A DNA stretch of 64,000 bases from Promethearchaeia archaeon (GTDB lineage: Archaea; Asgardarchaeota; Lokiarchaeia; Sigyniarchaeales; SOKP01), in NCBI GenBank assembly GCA_046483985.1, contig JAWOCD010000111.1, positions 1 to 64,000 on the forward strand. The letters run 5' to 3'. Under the pieces are notes generated by a model. The model was not told the origin of the DNA, made no database searches, and saw nothing but the letters and a program-made list of their open reading frames with translations. Positions 1 to 10,477 of the stretch are shown here, one piece after another (positions within the stretch are counted from its first letter, which is position 1; each line of letters starts with the position of its first letter). A program made the translations under genes and the position numbers.

Positions 1-377
1 GCGGGGTCAGCGAACGGTCCGAGCAGAAAGTCCGGTGCTGCTAAGGCATAAAAATGTAATGCATGCGAAGAATATTGCTTTGCATTGATTAACAACTTCC
101 GCAACTTTAATGCCGGATCGGGAATCTCCACACCCCATGCATCCTCTACCGCCTTAGTCGGGGTAAGATGATGCGGGATCGGACAAATTCCACAAATACG
201 AGGGGTAATCCGGGGCACGTGCTCGCAATATCGTCCTTCTACGAACTTCTCAAAAAATCTCGTAGAAGTAATATTGAACTGTGCATCCTTAACCTTCCCG
301 TCGTCCCCAAGGACAACACGAAGGTCGCCGTGACCTTCTAACCGGGTAACTGGTTCTACTTCTATTTCTTTTACCAT
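1..377 (-). CDS. mvhA: [NiFe]-hydrogenase large subunit (group 3c, MvhA-like), N-terminal part; runs off the window edge
   Basis: Manual translation from the ATG at 377: MVKEIEVEPVTRLEGHG...RFFEKF...PRICGICPIPHH. It carries the TRxEGH motif and the L1 RxCGxCxxxH motif and lies directly downstream of the small subunit gene. Confidence 0.88.
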   Translation of the reverse strand, partial: MVKEIEVEPVTRLEGHGDLRVVLGDDGKVKDAQFNITSTRFFEKFVEGRYCEHVPRITPRICGICPIPHHLTPTKAVEDAWGVEIPDPALKLRKLLINAKQYSSHALHFYALAAPDFLLGPFADP

Positions 378-381
378 TGTT

Positions 382-1707
382 TTAGTCGCCTCCTCTAAAT
401 TTTTTATTAGTAGCAAGTGTAAATTTCTCGAAAGTTCCGATTGGATCTTTCACCTGTTCTAATAATTCTTCTTTTGAAAGATCAACGTTAAATGTCTCAA
501 TAACTGTGTCAGCAAATCGCTCAGCTTGGTCAACATTAAACTCTGTTTGACCATAACACCCTGTGCAGGGTGAATTTACATTAATACATAAACCACCACA
601 GCCAGCTTTAGTAACTGGTCCCATGCATATATATCCTTGTTCAATGAAGCAATCCTCTTGATTAGGGAGCCCTTCATAATCTCTTTTCACTTCTGTCATC
701 GTCGATTCACTCCCGATAATTCGAGGACATGTATCACAGACGGTTGAAATTTCATGGAAATCACGATTATCGCGTAAATCAGCCAAAATTATAGAAGCAA
801 TTTGCTCTGTTTTTTCTGGCATGTTTGCCAATGGAGTTTGTACTTCTCCGTCTTTTACAATTTGCTTCAATATGTCGGCAGATAGATCAAAACCTGCCAT
901 TAATGGCACATTCAAGAAGAGCGCTAAGAATTCATTTAAGCTCTTCTTATCTCCAGAACTTAAATCATCCATATTACTAAGCATTTCCGCTAATTTATCA
1001 GCATTTTTATCATAGACTGATTTAGCAGGTCCTAAACACCCAACACATGGCTTTTCCGCACTTGTACATTTTAATTCGCAACCAGTGCTCGTTAATGGGC
1101 CAAAACATAACTTACCCTCATCCAATAGGCACCCATCATCTAACAATTTACAATTATTACAGAATGCTTCTTCATTCATAGGATGTGGTTGTTGACCCAA
1201 CAGAAATTGTACCGCACTAAGAATTTGTTCTGATTTAGGTGGACAACCAGACATATAGGCGTCCACTTTAATCACTTCATCGGTTGGTACAAGTTTATCT
1301 TCAAAACCAGGAACATTCTCTGTTGGTTCTTTAGGATCATCGTTAGTAATACTTTCTGCCTCAACAAATTTACGTTGAATAGACTCATCAATTGACCATT
1401 GGTTAGCCAATCCATGCACATTTCCGTAGCATGAACAACTACCAAAGGCAATAATGAGTTGGCATTTATCGCGCATAAGTTTTACATTGTGGATATCTTC
1501 TTTAGTGCGTAAACTGCCTTCGCAGAACCCCACTAAAATTTCTCCGTCTTCTCTTTCTTTTAAGGATTGATGCTTGAAATCAACTACTGCTGGCCAATAT
1601 ACAATCTCAAGTGCGGGGAGAACATCAAGGAGTCCTAAATGTGCATTTAAAAGACTTTGATGGCAACCCCAGCAATCTGAGCCTTGCATGAACGCTACTT
1701 TAACCAT
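382..1707 (-). CDS. mvhG: [NiFe]-hydrogenase small subunit (MvhG-like) with a duplicated C-terminal Fe-S module
   Basis: N-terminal CxGC, then EG, GSCSCYG and GCPP proximal-cluster motifs. Two copies of CxxC...C...CxGPxTxxGCxxxC...PCxGCxG. Confidence 0.88.
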   Translation of the reverse strand: MVKVAFMQGSDCWGCHQSLLNAHLGLLDVLPALEIVYWPAVVDFKHQSLKEREDGEILVGFCEGSLRTKEDIHNVKLMRDKCQLIIAFGSCSCYGNVHGLANQWSIDESIQRKFVEAESITNDDPKEPTENVPGFEDKLVPTDEVIKVDAYMSGCPPKSEQILSAVQFLLGQQPHPMNEEAFCNNCKLLDDGCLLDEGKLCFGPLTSTGCELKCTSAEKPCVGCLGPAKSVYDKNADKLAEMLSNMDDLSSGDKKSLNEFLALFLNVPLMAGFDLSADILKQIVKDGEVQTPLANMPEKTEQIASIILADLRDNRDFHEISTVCDTCPRIIGSESTMTEVKRDYEGLPNQEDCFIEQGYICMGPVTKAGCGGLCINVNSPCTGCYGQTEFNVDQAERFADTVIETFNVDLSKEELLEQVKDPIGTFEKFTLATNKKFRGGD

Positions 1708-1759
1708 TTTGCATCTCTTTTATTTGTTTTTTATTGTTTTTTTATAATTAAAACACATT

Positions 1760-1806
1760 CATCCTTTCCTTACAGAAGATTCTTTTTTTCGGTAATGGAA
1801 AAGATG
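1760..1806 (-). promoter_or_regulatory. Stem-loop in the probable 5' leader of mvhGA
   Basis: On the minus strand CATCTTTTCC pairs with GGAAAGGATG and TTAC pairs with GTAA. An AT-rich TATA-like tract lies about 30 nt upstream. Confidence 0.4.
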
Positions 1807-1960
1807 TTTGTTATATTTAGTTATATGCCAAGTTATTAAAAAATTTTCATAACTTATTTTAAATATATATTCATAATTCCCAAATTAGAATCTAACAAAT
1901 CATCAATTCCATTGTCTCTTGATTTTAAAATTTGAATTATCATTATTTTTCATTATAACA

Positions 1961-2230
1961 ATGAGTAAACAAAATTGGATTGAAAATGCCCGTAATTTAC
2001 TTATCGAACAAGCTATAAATGAGATTTTTCCGTTTCAAAACTATTTTGAACTAGAACGAAATGTGAAGCATGTCATTATAAGTTACGGGCTTCTATTTGC
2101 CGCCCAAAAAGAGGGAATTTTTAAGTTTATTCGGAATTTTCATCCATCTAAACAATATCCTTCCCCAAATGAGATAGAAAACTGTCTTTTATCCAAATTA
2201 AAAGATTTCTTTTCGACATATATTAAATAA
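1961..2230 (+). CDS. Small hypothetical protein
   Basis: ORF with ATG at 1961 (MSKQNW...); no recognisable motif. Confidence 0.5.
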   Translation: MSKQNWIENARNLLIEQAINEIFPFQNYFELERNVKHVIISYGLLFAAQKEGIFKFIRNFHPSKQYPSPNEIENCLLSKLKDFFSTYIK

Positions 2231-2271
2231 TTCCTAAATAACGCGAAAAGAAAAAGATTAAAATTAAGAGA

Positions 2272-5200
2272 TTATTCTTCTTCCATAATTTTCAAAATCC
2301 GTTTACGTTCCTCTTCAGAAGATCTATAATATTGGCTTTTGCGAGCTAAAAATAGTTCAAATAGGATCAAAACTCCCAATACTCCCACGAGCGTTAAGAT
2401 TTCCGGACTGGTGAATGCTTCCCAGAACCGGACATAAGGATTTTTGGTCTCAGAAGGGGGACTTTCATCTTCTGCTTGAGTAGAGATATTTAAAAACACA
2501 TAAAGATGTGCGAAATTAATATTGCCATTTGGAGAAGAATCTTCCGCACATACTTGAATTGAGTAATTTCCGTTGGCATACAAGGAAACGTTAACCCACG
2601 CAAAACTCCATGTATCATTTCCTTCATAACTCATGATGGTAGTAAATAGCAGAGACACATTTGCGATAGTAAGATTGACATCTCCTTCAGAAGGTATATT
2701 ATCTTCTTCTATAAATACCTTAAATTCAATAGATTCTGAGGTCACTTCTGTATTATTAGTAGCTGGGGTATGGAACGAAATCACTGGGGGAATTGTATCT
2801 AAGGAATAGGTAATATTTAGCATGCCTGTTTCATTTTGATTTTGATAATATGAGCTGTCAATTGCGGTGACATTAATATAGTATCCTCCAGGAGCATGGT
2901 CCGTGATGTTCTCCCATTGTCCAGTCCAATTAGTGGTATCGTCAATTCGATGTAATGTAAGGTTAAATTCAATAGTTTCATTCCAAATTGTTGCATAAAC
3001 ATCTCCTGGACTAGGCGCATGTGGATCTTGAATTGTAGCTGTAATGTTAAAGGGACCAATATGATCTGAATCATTAAGGGGTGAATGGATGGAAATCAAA
3101 GGTTCCTCTAAATCCTTGTTAATGGTGATCATTGTAGATTCAGTACAGTTTATATTCCCCCAAGTGTCGAGTGCCCAGATTGTGATGTTATAATCCCCCG
3201 GACTGTAGACTTCTTCCGAAATGTTATCCCAATTACAAACCCATTTTTGGCCAGAAGAAATATCCATACTAAGGTTAAATGGTATAGATGCATTTATCAT
3301 TGCTTTAACGGACGAGACAGAGCTTTCATTATCAGAAACAGTCGCATTTATGTCAACAACATTAGGAGGTTCATATTCAGACTCATACGAGGGCGAGCTA
3401 ATCCGCACAGACGGTGCATAAGCATCAATATAGGTAATTTGGAGTGTCCCGGTTTCATTCCGATTTCGAAAATGAGAACTATCAAATGCAGTTACATTTA
3501 TGTAATAAATACCCGCTGTATATTTGGTTATATTATTCCATTGCACGGTCCAGTTTTCCGTATCGGCTACTTGCATCATTGTAAGGTTAAAGGAAATATC
3601 CGCGGTATCGTTATAAATCGTTGCATATACATCATTTGCGTCGGGGTAATTTCCCTCCGTATCATTGACGGAAACAGTAATATTAAAAGGGTCGGAAACG
3701 GATGTTTGGTTTGAAGGTGCTTCAAAAAAGATATTTGGAGGGGTTTCGTCTTTAACTAGTTTCATCACAACCCATTGGGTGTGGTTACTGTTCCCCGTTT
3801 GATCTTTGGCGATGATAGAGATATTATAATCTGCAGCCGGATACAGAGTCAAATTTGCCCATTGACAGTGCCAACTTCCATCAATATAACTCATAGAGAG
3901 ATTAAACGGATCAGAGGCATTGATTAATGTTTTCGCCTCAGCAACGCTTGTTTCCTCATCACTAATCGTAGCATTAATGTCCACCGACTCCCCGGTTTGG
4001 ATTGACCCATCTTCGGGATTTTCAATATACACCTTAGGCGCAATAAGATCTGTGTAATAATAAGTTCCGTTTTCGTTTGTACCATTTATTCCGAATAAAT
4101 CAGTGGCTCTGATGTAATACTGAATCTCCACATCGTAGTCTTGATGGAGAAGCTGTCCAAAGTATTCGTCAGACTGGACATTACTGAGTTTTATAGAATA
4201 CGTATTGGCCCAACTATCATTTGTATAGTACAGCCATACTTCGGATATACCTTTAGGGGCTCTAACTGATGTGCTAATATTGACGGGGTAAGGGTATCCA
4301 TTCGAGGTCAGAGACGGCTCGCCGATACTGGGACCTTGGGCGTTCAGAAGCATGAGCGACGCGTTGATTTTTCCGTAGCCTGTTACATTATTATAGCCTT
4401 CTCCAAACATTCTGGTATGCTCATCCTCAAATGTGGAATTAATTAAAAGATCCTTAATCAAGTGGGGTTTTCCTTTAAGATTATCATTGCTTTCCAGAGT
4501 AAGTGCCACCACACCGGAAATAAAAGGTGCTGCCATGGATGTTCCCATTTTATCCGTATAATTACCAATACCAAAATTAGATGAGGCATTCTTCGAAGCG
4601 GCAGATAATAGTAACTGCCCTGGCGCTGTAAGGTCTAATTGTTTTTTCCCGTCGATCCGGGGGCCTCTGCTGGAAAAACTGGAAATCTCTCCTAAATTTG
4701 ATCCATCAGAGATAAATGAGCCGACGGTTATTGAATGGTTTGCGGTCGCCGGAGGGGTTAACGTAAAGTTCTTATTTATATGTTCAGTCCATTCAGAAGC
4801 AGGCAATCCAGAATACCACCCATTAGATATAATTGTATGAATATAGGTATGAACTTTTTGTGTATCATCTCCGAAATTAAGAACTGTATATTCTCCTTCA
4901 CCAGAGGCTAAACTCCCCTTGTCATAGGTAATATTCACAAAGGATTTATTGACTCCGTTTATATTCATAGGACTACGAGACCTTTGGATAATTAGTGGAT
5001 TACTTAATCCAGATGGTTGATACTCATGCGGTTGTCCGTCCCATGGGAGAGAAGAATTATAATATTCATCAGGTATTGTGATTGGGTCACCTTCCTCGGG
5101 ATTTGGAATGGTGATATTCACACCAATCTTATTGTGAGGTGACAACCAGAGATTTGTAAAATCTAATTCGGTTGGGGAAGAAAGAAGGTCAAATGGGATG

Positions 5201-6201
5201 GAAAAAGATCCTGGTTCATTTCCCCCAGCGGGAATTTCGTTATAGGTATGAGCATTCTTCTCAGCTTCATTTCCCGCCGAACACACAACGGGCACCCCTT
5301 GATCATACGCCCAATCAACCCAATAATCAAAATTGCTTCCTCCCTCAGAACCAACGGTGCCGTCTAAGGTCAAATTACGAAAATATTGCCCCAAGGATAT
5401 CGAAATAAGATCTGCTCCGTCATCAACAGCATCCCTTATGCATTGTGTGAGGTCAGCATAATATTTATACATCATCAATGAACAATTCGGTGCTACACCC
5501 GTAATATTTCTGAGTTTGGGCCATCCACCAGCAACTATCCCCGCCACATGGGTTCCATGGCCGTCCTTATCAACTTCCGTATTAATATCGGGTTCGGTTA
5601 GATTTACTCCATTCACATATGTCCTCCCCTCGGCATAATCTCTGATTATGTCAATTTTACTTTCCCCCAAGGCTACTGCCGTATCACCACCATTTACTTG
5701 TCCGTTCCCGTCCTCATCGTTATAATAACAGATAGTTTCTCCAAAATCGTATTGACCGTTCTGATTGCTATCGTTAAAGCCGTAATCTATGCCAGGATCT
5801 ATTGCGGAGGTCGCATAATTTGTAGAATTTTTAAACACGGAAGTATGATTTATCATTCCTCCCTCGCCTTCGTCATACGAATCATTGTGATTAAAATCTA
5901 TGTAGGGTTCTCCATTATGCTCCGAAACATTATACGTTTGAGAAAAATTCGGGCGGAAAAAATCGGGATGTTGCCAATCTATTCCCGAATCAATAATTGC
6001 CACCTTTACTCCAGTTCCGAGTGTATGATTAAAATTATCATCATTTATGGGAAAATCCCACGCTTTCGGAACATCGGTTGGTTCAACTGCTTTATCTAGC
6101 GCGGTGGTTGTGCGAGGAAAAGTAAAAATAACTAAAAATGAGAAAAGAAAACCACAAAGTAAAGGAATAATTAAAATTTTATCGTTATGCTTCAAATGCA
6201 T
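2272..6201 (-). CDS. Secreted, membrane-anchored S8 subtilisin-like serine protease with Ig-like repeats
   Basis: N-terminal hydrophobic signal. Triad motifs IIDSG, GHGTHVAG and GTSMAAP; oxyanion SAGNE. Five ~105-aa repeats starting D-x-x-(A/P/E)-P. C-terminal TM helix followed by a basic tail. Confidence 0.92.
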   Translation of the reverse strand: MHLKHNDKILIIPLLCGFLFSFLVIFTFPRTTTALDKAVEPTDVPKAWDFPINDDNFNHTLGTGVKVAIIDSGIDWQHPDFFRPNFSQTYNVSEHNGEPYIDFNHNDSYDEGEGGMINHTSVFKNSTNYATSAIDPGIDYGFNDSNQNGQYDFGETICYYNDEDGNGQVNGGDTAVALGESKIDIIRDYAEGRTYVNGVNLTEPDINTEVDKDGHGTHVAGIVAGGWPKLRNITGVAPNCSLMMYKYYADLTQCIRDAVDDGADLISISLGQYFRNLTLDGTVGSEGGSNFDYWVDWAYDQGVPVVCSAGNEAEKNAHTYNEIPAGGNEPGSFSIPFDLLSSPTELDFTNLWLSPHNKIGVNITIPNPEEGDPITIPDEYYNSSLPWDGQPHEYQPSGLSNPLIIQRSRSPMNINGVNKSFVNITYDKGSLASGEGEYTVLNFGDDTQKVHTYIHTIISNGWYSGLPASEWTEHINKNFTLTPPATANHSITVGSFISDGSNLGEISSFSSRGPRIDGKKQLDLTAPGQLLLSAASKNASSNFGIGNYTDKMGTSMAAPFISGVVALTLESNDNLKGKPHLIKDLLINSTFEDEHTRMFGEGYNNVTGYGKINASLMLLNAQGPSIGEPSLTSNGYPYPVNISTSVRAPKGISEVWLYYTNDSWANTYSIKLSNVQSDEYFGQLLHQDYDVEIQYYIRATDLFGINGTNENGTYYYTDLIAPKVYIENPEDGSIQTGESVDINATISDEETSVAEAKTLINASDPFNLSMSYIDGSWHCQWANLTLYPAADYNISIIAKDQTGNSNHTQWVVMKLVKDETPPNIFFEAPSNQTSVSDPFNITVSVNDTEGNYPDANDVYATIYNDTADISFNLTMMQVADTENWTVQWNNITKYTAGIYYINVTAFDSSHFRNRNETGTLQITYIDAYAPSVRISSPSYESEYEPPNVVDINATVSDNESSVSSVKAMINASIPFNLSMDISSGQKWVCNWDNISEEVYSPGDYNITIWALDTWGNINCTESTMITINKDLEEPLISIHSPLNDSDHIGPFNITATIQDPHAPSPGDVYATIWNETIEFNLTLHRIDDTTNWTGQWENITDHAPGGYYINVTAIDSSYYQNQNETGMLNITYSLDTIPPVISFHTPATNNTEVTSESIEFKVFIEEDNIPSEGDVNLTIANVSLLFTTIMSYEGNDTWSFAWVNVSLYANGNYSIQVCAEDSSPNGNINFAHLYVFLNISTQAEDESPPSETKNPYVRFWEAFTSPEILTLVGVLGVLILFELFLARKSQYYRSSEEERKRILKIMEEE

Positions 6202-6350
6202 AAAATATCACATCAATTGATATATTATAGTGTTTAATTTTAATTTAAACGCTTCCAACACGAACAAAGTCGTATATTAAAAATAAGATAATTATTTAAA
6301 AATCTGATCCATACAATTTAAAATCATTCAGAAATTAAAACGCTTCTTTT

Positions 6351-6764
6351 CTAAGCAGTTTTTTGGTCTAAACGTTCATTACAGAGTCTATCGCATTCTT
6401 GAATGTATTGATGATCCCGAGTAACGTGGGCAAAGTGGACTTTCTCAAAATGTTGTTGCAAGGATTGGATTTTTTTGTGATATTCTTGCAGATGCTGCTT
6501 CCGTACTTCGTAGACGTTGGTGAGCTGTCGAATCATTAATTGGCTGTCGGAAAAGACTTTAATTTCTTCCTCTGTACGTTTGGCAGCAACTTGTAATGCA
6601 AGAATAAGTGCTTTATATTCTGCGGCATTATTGGTCGCAGACCCGACATATTGGGAACCGTTTTCTACAATCTGATTATTTTTCACAAAAATAAAAGCAA
6701 TGGCTGCCGGTCCCGGATTTCCCCGAGCCGCTCCATCGGTATAGATTTCTAACACTTTATTCAT
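6351..6764 (-). CDS. rnhA: Ribonuclease HI
   Basis: YTDGAARGNPG, TNNAAEY, SDSQL and CDRL motifs. Likely start is the ATG at 6764 (MNKVLEIYTDG), not 6917. Confidence 0.9.
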   Translation of the reverse strand: MNKVLEIYTDGAARGNPGPAAIAFIFVKNNQIVENGSQYVGSATNNAAEYKALILALQVAAKRTEEEIKVFSDSQLMIRQLTNVYEVRKQHLQEYHKKIQSLQQHFEKVHFAHVTRDHQYIQECDRLCNERLDQKTA

Positions 6765-7034
6765 ATAACTAAATAATTGTTTTTCATTAAAAAAGGATTT
6801 AGATACAAATTCCCAGCAAAAAACGAAACTTCTAAAAACTTTTGAAAACATTACAAAAGGAAAAAAATATGAAAAACTACTGACAACTAGATTAATCAAG
6901 TTGCTTGGCAACACCACATATAAAATATAAATTGAGAAAATGGAGAGCAGTAAGTGAAATTATCAAATTAAACGAAACAACTCGTTCGCCAAGAAATTTG
7001 CTACTGGGGTTTCTGCCCGTATTAATCGCGACAG

Positions 7035-8492
7035 TTAATTGCGTTGAGAATGTACCGGTGCTGGAAACCTTCCTTGTCGATTAATAAACATCTCGCAAGA
7101 ACTCCGTTTTACCGGCATAACCACAGACTTTCCTAACAGCCCCCCAAAATTTACTTCTTCACCGACTTCTTTTCCGATTACGGGTATCAATCGACATCCC
7201 ATAGTTTTATTGTTAATCATCCCGATTGAGGCATCATCCGCTATGAGTCCCGAAATTGAACTGGGTGGAGTGGATCCCGGTATGCAAATCATATCTAAGC
7301 CCACCGAGCAGACTGATGTCATAGCTTCCAGTTTTTCGATAGAAAGAATTCCCTTTTGTGCGGCTTCCGTCATTCGTTTATCTTCACTTACAGGGATAAA
7401 AGCTCCGGATAATCCTCCCACATACGAGGAGGCCATTAATCCCCCTTTTTTCACTGCATCTGTAAGAAGTGCAAGTGCAGCAGTGGAGCCAGGAGCTCCA
7501 GTGGTCTCTAATCCCATTTCTTCCAAAATCCCCGCAACACTATCGTAGGGACGGGTAGTAGGCGCTAAAGAAATATCAACTATACCAAATGGAATACCTA
7601 AGCGTTTTGCAGCCTCTTGGGCGACCAATTGCCCTACACGTGTAATCTTAAAAGAGGTCTTTTTTATCGATTCCGCCAATGTTTCAAAATCCGCTTTACG
7701 CTGATGGCGAACCACATTGCGAATAGTGCCGGGACCGGAGAGTCCCACGTTAATGCAGGATTCAGCTTCCCCAGCCCCGTGATATCCTCCCGCCATAAAA
7801 GGATTATCTTCAACCGCATTCGCGAACACAACCAACTTTGTGCAGCCAATCGAATTATTATCCCGAGTATTCATGGCAATTTGATGGATTATATCCCCCA
7901 TCATTTTAACCGCATTCATATTCATCCCGGAACGTGTAGTGGCGATATTAACCGAACTGCATACCCTTTCGGTCGAAGATAATACATCGGGTAAGCTTTG
8001 GATGACGGACAAATCTGCCCTTGTATATCCCTTATGTACTAATGCGGAAAAACCCCCCAAAAAATCGACCTTCACTTTCTCTGCAGCCTCATCTAAAACT
8101 TCCGCAATTGAAATACAAGCTTGTATTATATCATCAGAAATTTGGGGTCCTGTAACTTTATGTTTATGAAATAGGGGGTCATTAAATGCTTGTATGTCGG
8201 AAAGCGGAATCTCTTTTACCTCAGAGAGAGCTCCCAAGAGCATTGAAATGGGAGTAACAGTAATACGTCGATTAATAATCGGGATTCCTAAATCTTCTTC
8301 GATTGAAGTTGCAACCTCGTCCAAATTTCCCGCAATTGCATAAATTTTCTTTTCAATATTGTCCAGCATCGTATCCAAGGATCTATCGGCACAGTCCAGC
8401 AAGTTAATTCCCATTGTGATAGTACGCACATCAAGTCCTTGCTCTTCGATCATCCGTTTAGTTTCTAATACTTCTTCTGTTGTAAACGACAT
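7035..8492 (-). CDS. UPF0210/DUF711 (PFL-like family) protein
   Basis: LDVRTITMGI, DNPFMAG, VGGLSGAFIPVSED and CSVGLDM motifs; paired with an ACT protein. Confidence 0.92.
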   Translation of the reverse strand: MSFTTEEVLETKRMIEEQGLDVRTITMGINLLDCADRSLDTMLDNIEKKIYAIAGNLDEVATSIEEDLGIPIINRRITVTPISMLLGALSEVKEIPLSDIQAFNDPLFHKHKVTGPQISDDIIQACISIAEVLDEAAEKVKVDFLGGFSALVHKGYTRADLSVIQSLPDVLSSTERVCSSVNIATTRSGMNMNAVKMMGDIIHQIAMNTRDNNSIGCTKLVVFANAVEDNPFMAGGYHGAGEAESCINVGLSGPGTIRNVVRHQRKADFETLAESIKKTSFKITRVGQLVAQEAAKRLGIPFGIVDISLAPTTRPYDSVAGILEEMGLETTGAPGSTAALALLTDAVKKGGLMASSYVGGLSGAFIPVSEDKRMTEAAQKGILSIEKLEAMTSVCSVGLDMICIPGSTPPSSISGLIADDASIGMINNKTMGCRLIPVIGKEVGEEVNFGGLLGKSVVMPVKRSSCEMFINRQGRFPAPVHSQRN

Positions 8493-8521
8493 AATTATTC
8501 ACTTTCCATTTGATTATTGAA

Positions 8522-8803
8522 TTAAATACGGTGCATTGCTCTGAAAATATCTTCATGCTGAATGGAGACGAATACCCCAATTTCCTCGCCCGCTTTCTTT
8601 AATTTTTGATCAAGTGCTTTGAGCTTAATGGTCTCCTTATTAAACTCAACGACCATAATCATAGTAAAGAATTCTCGAGCATATGACTGAGAAATATCCG
8701 TTATATTTACTTGATTATCCGCCAAGACTTGGGAAACGGTCGCGACAATTCCCGGTTTATCCATTCCAACAACGGATACAATTGCTTTAGATTTTTCTGT
8801 CAT
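8522..8803 (-). CDS. ACT-domain protein (UPF0237)
   Basis: VVGMDKPGIVA...NITDISQ...QHEDIFRAMHRI; the usual partner of DUF711. Confidence 0.92.
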   Translation of the reverse strand: MTEKSKAIVSVVGMDKPGIVATVSQVLADNQVNITDISQSYAREFFTMIMVVEFNKETIKLKALDQKLKKAGEEIGVFVSIQHEDIFRAMHRI

Positions 8804-8934
8804 AAAAATACGTCCTTCTTGTTTTATAGATAAGCTTTTTAATTTTTTATAAAATTTAATAGTTTATGTGAATATAAGAAAGATTATTATTTAATTCTGG
8901 TTAGACCCAAAAGACCCATCCCTAATTCATTCGG

Positions 8935-9025
8935 TTGAAGCCTCCCCTCCCTTATTAAAGGAGGGGGTTTCCTATGAGTCCATTAAGCGTTCACTGGGGG
9001 CATATCTTAGGGTAATAAGTTAAAA
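8935..9025 (-). mobile_element. IS200/IS605 right-end-like non-autonomous element, family A copy 1
   Basis: Minus strand CCCTAAGATATGCCC...GAAACCCCCTCCTTT...AGGGAGGGGAGGCTTCAA, a subterminal hairpin ending in TTCAA. Homologous to 18418-18503 and 20829-20879. Confidence 0.65.
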
Positions 9026-9044
9026 AATTCTAATGAGTATTGCT

Positions 9045-10157
9045 TTATTGTTCCTCTTCGTCGTAATACTTAAAGTAGATACTGCATGTTCCTTCTTGGG
9101 AAACCATGCATGGACCAATAGGGTTAAGTGGCGTGCATTTGTTACGGAACAGTTTACACTCATTGGGATAAATTTTTCCCGTCATAACCAAATGACACGA
9201 GCAGCCCGGCGGAATGTCTTGCGAATTTTCTATTTCAATATCAAATTTCTCCTCTGCATCATATTTACTATATTCATCTTTTATAGCCAAGCCCCCATCT
9301 AATATTCTCCCAATTCCACGCCAAGGAGAAGTAATTTCTTTGAAAACGTTTGAGATAATTTTTTGTGCAATTACATTTCCTTTTGGTTTAACGACTCGTG
9401 TATATTGATTCAGCGTCTCATGCTTTTTGTCCTTAACTTGTTCAAGGAGCATTAAAATCGAGAGTAACACATCGTTTGGTTCAAACCCAGCCACCACATT
9501 CGGCACTTGATAGGCATCAGAAAAGAGTTTAAACGGTTTTAATCCGATAATAGTAGCGACATGACCCGGAGAAATAAAACCATTAATATTTAATTGATCT
9601 ATACTAATTAATAATTCCAAGGCTGCTGGGATGAGCTTATGAGCACAAATCACGGAGAAATTATCGGGAGGTTTATTTTGTAATTCAAACCCAATTGTTG
9701 GCACAGTCGTCTCAAACCCAATCGCAAAAAAGATGACCTCTTTGTCGGGATTTGACTTTGCAATTTTGATCGCATCATTCGGTCCATACACCACACGTAC
9801 ATCGGCACCTTCTGCTTTTAATTCTGCTAAAGAAAGGTTGGTAGCGGGCACGCGGATCATATCTCCGAAGGTGGTAATAATGGTACCTTTTCGCCTTCCC
9901 AGGTCAATAGCCTTATCGATATCTGCCGCAGGACATACGCATACCGGACATCCCGGACCAGAGATGATTTCTATTCCATCTGGAAGCAATGTACGGAGCC
10001 CGAATTTCGAAATCGTATGCTCATGTGTTCCACATACATGCATGAATTTTACATCGTGGTCAATCTGAGACAATAACTCCTTTATCGATGTGATTAGCTT
10101 TTTGGTGAAATTCTTGTCCCTTAAGTATTTTGTTCCTGGAACTTCCATTTTACTCAA
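9045..10157 (-). CDS. hypD: Hydrogenase maturation factor HypD
   Basis: CGTHE, GPGCPVC, GFETT, PGHV and GPCMVSQEGTC motifs. Confidence 0.97.
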   Translation of the reverse strand: MSKMEVPGTKYLRDKNFTKKLITSIKELLSQIDHDVKFMHVCGTHEHTISKFGLRTLLPDGIEIISGPGCPVCVCPAADIDKAIDLGRRKGTIITTFGDMIRVPATNLSLAELKAEGADVRVVYGPNDAIKIAKSNPDKEVIFFAIGFETTVPTIGFELQNKPPDNFSVICAHKLIPAALELLISIDQLNINGFISPGHVATIIGLKPFKLFSDAYQVPNVVAGFEPNDVLLSILMLLEQVKDKKHETLNQYTRVVKPKGNVIAQKIISNVFKEITSPWRGIGRILDGGLAIKDEYSKYDAEEKFDIEIENSQDIPPGCSCHLVMTGKIYPNECKLFRNKCTPLNPIGPCMVSQEGTCSIYFKYYDEEEQ

Positions 10158-10231
10158 CTTTTAACACAATTTACTAGAATATATGAAAAGGTAAATGAGA
10201 AAAACCAGTAATCCTTTAATGATAAAATATA

Positions 10232-10459
10232 ATGAGAAATATTAAGATTATTATGCAGTATCGAAAAATTTTTCGATATTGTCGAAACACGTGGTTAAGA
10301 AAATTTTTTTTATTTGGATCTCATGCTCGAGATGATACAACTCCAGAAAGTGATTTAGACTTAATTGTAGAATTCCCTAACCGTCTAAATCTATTAGATC
10401 ACAGCGCTAGATGCTTGTTCGCAAAATACTCATTATTTGTAGAACGTGGAATTGTTTAA
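10232..10459 (+). pseudogene. Truncated minimal nucleotidyltransferase (MNT) antitoxin
   Basis: LFGSHARDDTTPESDLDLIVEF motif (GS-x10-DxD). C-terminus degenerate; no HEPN partner nearby. Confidence 0.65.
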
Positions 10460-10477
10460 TTACGATTTTTTCTTCAA

